Source: Candidatus Buchananbacteria bacterium (GTDB lineage Bacteria > Patescibacteriota > Patescibacteriia > 2-01-FULL-39-33). Taken from it: 64,000 nucleotides of DNA. Of this stretch, positions 58,417 to 64,000 are shown piece after piece (position 1 is the first letter of the stretch; each line of letters starts with the position of its first letter). The stretch covers positions 19,796 to 83,795 of the forward strand of contig JBAYJM010000002.1 of NCBI GenBank assembly GCA_041665065.1, read 5' to 3'. The position numbers and the translations under genes were made by a program. A model generated the notes under the pieces. The model worked only from the letters and a program-made list of their open reading frames with translations, was not told the DNA's origin and did not search any database.

Positions 58417-58867
58417 TTTTTTTATTAAAAAAATTGGATATTATAAAAATAACTGCCCCGCATGTAATCATCACATCGGCCACATTAAAGACTGAAAAAT
58501 TTAAAACATTAAAATAATCGATAACATAGCCAAAGCTAATTCGATCAATAAAATTAGAAAAAGCCCCGCAAATTATAATAAACAAGGCGCCAAAAGATAT
58601 ATAGTCATTCTTTTTAATCATAATGGCAGCCAAAAAGCACAAAGCCGCCACAATAATGATGTATAAAAAAATCAGTAGCCAATAATTAACGGGAATGCCG
58701 AAAGCAACGCCCCTATTTATTGTTTTTTCAATCATAAACCAGCTAAAGAAGCTTTTGGAAGATAAAATTACCGACACCTCTGAAATATAATGCTTTAATA
58801 TCCTGTCAACCAAAAATAAAAATAACCCCAAAACACTAATGGAAGTTATTTTTATTGCTTTTTTCAT
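58400..58867 (-). CDS. lspA: Lipoprotein signal peptidase
   Basis: NRGVAFG, SNFIDR, VIDY, FNVAD. Confidence 0.93.
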   Translation of the reverse strand: MKKAIKITSISVLGLFLFLVDRILKHYISEVSVILSSKSFFSWFMIEKTINRGVAFGIPVNYWLLIFLYIIIVAALCFLAAIMIKKNDYISFGALFIIICGAFSNFIDRISFGYVIDYFNVLNFSVFNVADVMITCGAVIFIISNFFNKKNAHSS

Positions 58868-58871
58868 ATTG

Positions 58872-59243
58872 CTAGACTTGATTCTTCAGCTTTTTTTTAC
58901 ATTCAACACATGAACTGGAGGCCGGTCTTATTTTCAGCCTTTCTAATTCTATTTCCTTGTTGCAGTGAACACAGATCCCATACGAACCGTCAGCTATCTT
59001 TTTTAGGGCGCTTTCTACGTCATGCAATTCTTTCTCAAGGTCTCTTTCCAGGGATAGATTTTTTGTATAATCTGCAACCTCAGTAGCATTATCCTCCATT
59101 GAATCCCCATAATCAGGAAATTTTGCTTCAAAATCGATCGCTTCGCCATCGGTTCGACTACCGATTGATTGGAGTTGTCCGACTAAAATATTTCTTCTAT
59201 CCTCGAGCTGGGCCTTAAACTGTGCTATTAATTCTTTTTCCAT
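58872..59243 (-). CDS. TraR/DksA C4 zinc-finger protein
   Basis: Coiled coil plus YGICVHC...ERL...CVEC. Confidence 0.92.
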   Translation of the reverse strand: MEKELIAQFKAQLEDRRNILVGQLQSIGSRTDGEAIDFEAKFPDYGDSMEDNATEVADYTKNLSLERDLEKELHDVESALKKIADGSYGICVHCNKEIELERLKIRPASSSCVECKKKLKNQV

Positions 59244-59424
59244 AAACAGTTATTATTTTTTAAAAAATAATCAACGCCTTGTTTGGCGCAATTTTTATTA
59301 AATTCTTAATTTATTATATCTTTCGGATATATAAATGTAAAGCAAAATGTAAATTCTGTCAAGGAAAATCTGTTAATGATCTTCATCAAATATTAATCAC
59401 GCAAATTAGGTAAAATTTTATCAA

Positions 59425-59795
59425 AAATAAGAGGCGCAAGACGCCCCCTAATAAATTATTATATGGGATCTTGCGCCTACGGACCCAGGGTCTGCCTTGA
59501 ATTTTGTCCTCTCGTTAGGGACGAAACCACAAGGAATTCAACGCTCTAGGTTTTTGGCGCTTTTTGGGCGAAAGCAAGTCATCTACTGAGCATTAGTCAT
59601 TCTATTGTCTAAATCCATTTTTCTCATAGAACAACTGAGCATTTCCTAATTAAGGGAGTAAGCCCATGGTCCAACCTTAGGAGTGGGAAAGCTTTGCTAA
59701 GTACATGACAGAGAACCGCTATTAATTATAAAACTCTACTCTTTTAATAACAGATCCCTTAGGAACTTGTATAAAGAACTACTTTATTGACTAAC
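59425..59795 (-). ncRNA. Candidate structured non-coding RNA of unknown class
   Basis: TGTTATAAT at 59802-59810, several nested helices with G.U pairs on the minus strand, terminal 10-bp hairpin plus U tract, no sizeable ORF. Confidence 0.55.
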
Positions 59796-59850
59796 AATAC
59801 TATTATAACAGATTTTTAATAAGCTGGATAATTATTTATAATAGCTAAAT

Positions 59851-59943
59851 TTATACACTATCTAGTAACCAATTTTTGATACGCACCACTTATCCACAAT
59901 TTATATTATTATCCACATAAGAGTTATTAACATGTTTTCCACT
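59851..59943 (+). promoter_or_regulatory. DnaA-box cluster
   Basis: TTATCCACA at 59890 and 59909; 1-mismatch boxes at 59851 and 59935. Confidence 0.55.
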
Positions 59944-59958
59944 TTAATGTTAAATTAG

Positions 59959-61221
59959 CTACTTTAAATATATGGCATCATCAAAAATAACAAGTATGTC
60001 ATATAAAGACACATAAGGCGATAAAAATTGGTCATTAATGGATGTGGTCTTAGTAATTAGCAAATTGTCCCCTTTTATACTCATTGGGCTACCAATCACA
60101 TCAATATTATTTGCTATTATTGCCTTAGACCCGCTCACAACATAATAGATGGTGGCACTATTATCCGGAAACTCCAGATATTTTGTTGACGTACCTTGAA
60201 ATTCAAGATTATTTGGATCTACCCTTATTTCGACAACCCGTGAGCCATCACTTAACACAATTTCCTCATCAAATGGAAATAATTTAGAAATTGATTTTTT
60301 AAGATAAAATTCTAGCTGGTTAATCTGCTCCGACGTGAAATCTTCACTGTTTGTTAATTGCAAAAATATTTCGTATCTCTGCCACGGGGACGTAGATGTT
60401 GCCATTTCTTCACGATCTTTGACGCCAAATACATAATCCGAGCAAACAAATGTTTCATAATCCTCATTGCCAATAAGCTTTACCCAAATAGGAACAGCTA
60501 AATCGATATTTTCAGTGATTTTTTTATCACACAAGTCAGAATTTCCACTTTTTTTATAAATATAATCATAATCACCCAGAGAAATATTTTTTATATCATG
60601 ATCGGCTTCATTTCGGGAGAAAATTTTTAGATAATTATCATCAGCCAGACCACCAACAATACAATCACGTTCATCCTGGCACAGCGCAGACAACAGAGGA
60701 GAATTAAAGCTTGAAATAAAACCATGTGGCGCCAAAAAAAATAGATTATAACCCGATCTGTATTGACCTATTATTTTTGAAGAGAGCCTTTGCTGATTTA
60801 CTATCTTAATCGGTGACTTGGAAATAATATATTTCCCCTTTCCTATTTTATTAAAGCTAAATCCTGCGTCCTGAATTATTTTCTCAATGGACCTATCCTT
60901 AGCCTGGATAAATATCAGATTATCACTGGAAGAAATCTGACATACTGAAAAAATACCAGAATTGGCACTTTTATAAATGTCATAAAATCCAAGATCGGTT
61001 GATATCTTATCAGCTAATTTTTGGATTTTACCATCATCATTATTAATTCTCAAATAGTAATTACAATTAGCGGGCAAAAAACGCGTCTCGAGAGGAACGG
61101 CAAAAAAATAATTAACAAGAAGACAAATCAAAACAACAAAAACAGCTCCCAGAGCCAATCCGGTAAATAGCTGGATAGCAATAGGGAGCTGCCTAAGGTG
61201 TTTTAAAAATTCCAAAAACAT
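59959..61221 (-). CDS. Membrane-anchored hypothetical protein
   Basis: N-terminal TM; 420 aa; downstream of pnp. Confidence 0.7.
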   Translation of the reverse strand: MFLEFLKHLRQLPIAIQLFTGLALGAVFVVLICLLVNYFFAVPLETRFLPANCNYYLRINNDDGKIQKLADKISTDLGFYDIYKSANSGIFSVCQISSSDNLIFIQAKDRSIEKIIQDAGFSFNKIGKGKYIISKSPIKIVNQQRLSSKIIGQYRSGYNLFFLAPHGFISSFNSPLLSALCQDERDCIVGGLADDNYLKIFSRNEADHDIKNISLGDYDYIYKKSGNSDLCDKKITENIDLAVPIWVKLIGNEDYETFVCSDYVFGVKDREEMATSTSPWQRYEIFLQLTNSEDFTSEQINQLEFYLKKSISKLFPFDEEIVLSDGSRVVEIRVDPNNLEFQGTSTKYLEFPDNSATIYYVVSGSKAIIANNIDVIGSPMSIKGDNLLITKTTSINDQFLSPYVSLYDILVIFDDAIYLK

Positions 61222-61249
61222 TTATTACAGTTTTTAAGAGTGCTTGATT

Positions 61250-63484
61250 TTATTTTCTGAAGAAACCATTTTTGTTATCACCGCGATGATTATCCGTATG
61301 TCTATCTCTTGGAGCAAAACCTCCCTGATCATGTCCAGAATTGTAATCCGGGTTAGCCCTTTTTACTGACAAGTTAATTCTACCCTTCTCATCGACTTCA
61401 ATTACTTTTACAGTCAGCTCATCACCTATCTTCGCTACATCAGAAATCCTATCAACTCGGCGATCGCTGAATTCAGAAATATGAACCATACCTTCTTTAT
61501 TTGGCAATACTTCAACAAAGGCGCCAAAATCCATTACTCTTGTAACTACGCCAGTGTATACCTCACCAACCTCAACATCTTTAACAATACCCTCAATCCA
61601 CTTAACTGCCTTTTCAACACCCTCTGGGCTAACACCAGTAACAGAGACCAGTCCGTCATCTTCAATGTCTATCAATACATCACAAGTGTCAATAATTTCA
61701 TTAATAATCTTTCCACCCGCCCCGATAACTTCTCTGATCTTTTCAGGATTTATCATGAAGCTCACTATCTTAGGAGCATATTTGGAAAGCTCAGCTCGAG
61801 GAGCGGAAATTTCTTTTTCAATTACCTCAAGTATTTGAAGCCTGGCTTCTTTAGCCTGCTTTAAAGTTTTTTCACAGATTTCCATAGACAAGCCCATTGT
61901 CTTGGTATCCATCTGGATAGCAGTAATTCCATCTTTGGTGCCAGTAACTTTAAAATCCATACCGCCTTCACCATCTTCCAAATCCTGCAAATCAGTCAAA
62001 ATTTTATAATTTGTACCATCCGAAGCCAAACCCATGGCAATGCCTGCAACTGGCTTTTTGATTGGTACGCCGGCATCCATAAGTGATAATGTTGAACCGC
62101 AAGTTGAGGCCATCGATGAAGAACCATTTGACCCCAACACCTCTGAGACAACCACTATAGTATAAGGAAACTCTTCCTTTGAAGGCAAGACTGGCATTAT
62201 GGCCTTTTCAGCCAAAGCGCCATGGCCAATTTCTCTTCTGCCGGCGCTTTTTATCGATCCGGTTTCTCCATAAGAAAACGGATAAGCATTATAATAATGA
62301 ATATAAGATTTTTTAGTGTCCGACTCAGTCATCTCGTCTAATATCTGAGCATCACCAGGAGCGCCAAGTGTTACAATGGAAAGCACCTGAGTTTCTCCGC
62401 GGCTAAAGACTGCACTGCCATGAGTTCTTGGCAGAATGCCAGCTTCAGCTGAGAGTGGCCTTATTTCATTTAACTTTCGGCCATCAATTCGTTGTTCTTT
62501 TTCCAAAATTGCCCTAGTGGCTTCTTCCTCAAGATAAATTTCAAAATTTTCCTCAACATAAGCAATAATTTCTTTGTGAGCTTCTTTTGATTTTAATTGA
62601 TCAATAAATTTTTCTAATAACTTTTTAGCAACAGCTTTTCTTTCTCTTTTGGTGCCTTTTGGCTGATTAAAAAGATATTTATCAAGTTCAGGGGCGAAAA
62701 ATTTTTTAGCTTCGGCAAAAACTGCTTTCTTTTCATCAATAGAAATTTCGCCTTCGCCATAAGATCCGGCAATCAATTCATCTTCATCTTGTTTTTCCAA
62801 ACCGATTTCTTTTCTAATATTTTCAATGAAATCCAAAAGCAGTTTTACTTTTTCCAAGCCGAATTTAAACGCTTCAGCCATTACTTCTTCAGGGATTTCC
62901 CGTCCTTCTGCATCAACCATCAATACCTTGCCATAGGTAGCTGAAAAAACCAGCTTCATATCAGACTGTAGAAGCTCTGATTCGGTTGGATTTAAAACGA
63001 ATTCTCCATTAATCCTGCCAACACAGACTCCGGCTAATGGACCATGCCAAGGAATATCGGAGATAGTTAACGCGAGAGCGCCGGCAGTTATTGCCAAAAT
63101 ATCCGCTGAATTTTCCCCGTCATAGGATAAAACGGTTGTGACCACCTGGACTTCATTTCTCATTTGCTGATTGAATAATGGTCTTATGCCACGATCAATC
63201 ATTCGGGAATCTAAAACGGCATTGTCAGTCGGTCTGCCATCCCTTTTAACAAATTTTGATCCCTTAATTTTTCCAGCGGCATACATTTTTTCCTGCATTT
63301 CAATGCTAAGCGGGAAAAAATCAATTCCCAATCTTGGCTCTTTGGCCATAACCGCGGTAGCAAGCACTACGGTATCGCCGTACCAAACCGTGCATGATGC
63401 ATTGGTCTGTCTGGCCAATTTACCGGTTTCAACCACTAATTTTCTGCCGGCAAATTCAGTCTCAAATCTCTGTTCCTTTAACAT
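61250..63484 (-). CDS. pnp: Polyribonucleotide nucleotidyltransferase
   Basis: Two RNase PH domains (RREIGHG, SNGSSSMAS, DFKV.GT..GITA.QMD), KH and S1; ATG at 63484. Confidence 0.98.
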   Translation of the reverse strand: MLKEQRFETEFAGRKLVVETGKLARQTNASCTVWYGDTVVLATAVMAKEPRLGIDFFPLSIEMQEKMYAAGKIKGSKFVKRDGRPTDNAVLDSRMIDRGIRPLFNQQMRNEVQVVTTVLSYDGENSADILAITAGALALTISDIPWHGPLAGVCVGRINGEFVLNPTESELLQSDMKLVFSATYGKVLMVDAEGREIPEEVMAEAFKFGLEKVKLLLDFIENIRKEIGLEKQDEDELIAGSYGEGEISIDEKKAVFAEAKKFFAPELDKYLFNQPKGTKRERKAVAKKLLEKFIDQLKSKEAHKEIIAYVEENFEIYLEEEATRAILEKEQRIDGRKLNEIRPLSAEAGILPRTHGSAVFSRGETQVLSIVTLGAPGDAQILDEMTESDTKKSYIHYYNAYPFSYGETGSIKSAGRREIGHGALAEKAIMPVLPSKEEFPYTIVVVSEVLGSNGSSSMASTCGSTLSLMDAGVPIKKPVAGIAMGLASDGTNYKILTDLQDLEDGEGGMDFKVTGTKDGITAIQMDTKTMGLSMEICEKTLKQAKEARLQILEVIEKEISAPRAELSKYAPKIVSFMINPEKIREVIGAGGKIINEIIDTCDVLIDIEDDGLVSVTGVSPEGVEKAVKWIEGIVKDVEVGEVYTGVVTRVMDFGAFVEVLPNKEGMVHISEFSDRRVDRISDVAKIGDELTVKVIEVDEKGRINLSVKRANPDYNSGHDQGGFAPRDRHTDNHRGDNKNGFFRK

Positions 63485-63670
63485 AATTTTCCTTTCTGTG
63501 GCCAGAGGATTTATTTGAATATAGCTCAGCTCTTGAGATAAAAGCGGAATTACTTTCAAATAAAAATTCCAGGGGCCAATTAATCTTTATTTATTTAATC
63601 TTAAGAACTATTCTATTGCGGCTGCCCCGCCTAACAGCAGGGCAGATTATTCTAAAAAAATTAAAGGGGA

Positions 63671-64000
63671 TTATTCCCCTTCAACTATTTCCTCGGCTTC
63701 AACAGGAATGTCCATTTCTTCCTCAAGCAGCTTTGGAGTATCATCAAATTTTTTAACAACTTTCAACTTTAACTTATTAACTAAATCAGTAAAGCTTTCA
63801 GCATTTTCTTTTTCTAAGTACTTCAGCAATTTTCTTCTTTCAGCAACTTTTCTGAGCAATCCTCTTCGTGAAGAAAAATCTTTCTTGTGAATCTTTAAAT
63901 GATCAGTTAAATTCTTTATTTCCTCTGTTAAGAGGGCTATCTGGACCTCTGCAGAACCAGTGTCCTTTTCATGTGTCGCAAACTTTTTTATGATTTGCGC
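63671..64000 (-). CDS. rpsO: 30S ribosomal protein S15, 5'-partial, with acidic C-terminal extension
   Basis: HEKDTGSAEVQIALLT...HKKDFSSRRGLLRKVAERRKLLKYL. Confidence 0.96.
   Translation of the reverse strand, partial: AQIIKKFATHEKDTGSAEVQIALLTEEIKNLTDHLKIHKKDFSSRRGLLRKVAERRKLLKYLEKENAESFTDLVNKLKLKVVKKFDDTPKLLEEEMDIPVEAEEIVEGE

Noticed and set aside
59425-59795. RNase P RNA, tmRNA, SRP RNA or T-box identity
   Set aside because: No GAGGAAAGUCC, no tRNA-like ends or tag frame, no SRP helix-8 motif and no T-box sequence on either strand.
1-64000. CRISPR array, rRNA, intact IS/integrase, or stop-codon reassignment
   Set aside because: No regularly spaced repeats, rRNA or transposase/integrase motifs seen; conserved genes are full length under the standard code and use TGG for Trp.

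Overview
AT-rich bacterial chromosome segment read with the standard genetic code. Gene content suggests Patescibacteria/CPR, probably a Parcubacteria/ABY1-type lineage (inference from a tandem VirB2/TrbC-like pilin array, TrmB regulators, a DUF5663-type gene beside a giant acidic protein, a single-RRM protein, and tRNAs mostly lacking encoded CCA). Recognisable core genes are recQ, queA, ruvB, rplS, lspA, pnp and rpsO (partial), plus six canonical tRNAs (Ser-CGA, Gly-GCC, Leu-TAA, Leu-GAG, Val-TAC, Ala-TGC). The best candidate for an undescribed system lies just downstream of tRNA-Ser. There a truncated alanyl-tRNA-synthetase-like paralog (38662-39858) with a remodelled amino-acid pocket has its last codons overlapping a perfectly folding but non-canonical tRNA-like gene (38608-38679: A1-U72, G5.U68 wobble, A18, U37, G55). 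This looks like a dedicated, possibly orthogonal synthetase/tRNA pair, and it is followed by a 1066-aa nuclease/helical-repeat defence-like gene. Other highlights are a stand-alone ~370-nt structured ncRNA candidate (59425-59795) next to DnaA boxes, a mini-element duplicating the tRNA-Gly 3' end, a 1787-aa glycine-zipper/DHH protein, several high-GC orphan genes (including Moco-sulfurase-like and FabZ-like), unannotated micro-ORFs and two interrupted genes. All family assignments come from motif recognition by eye; no searches were run.
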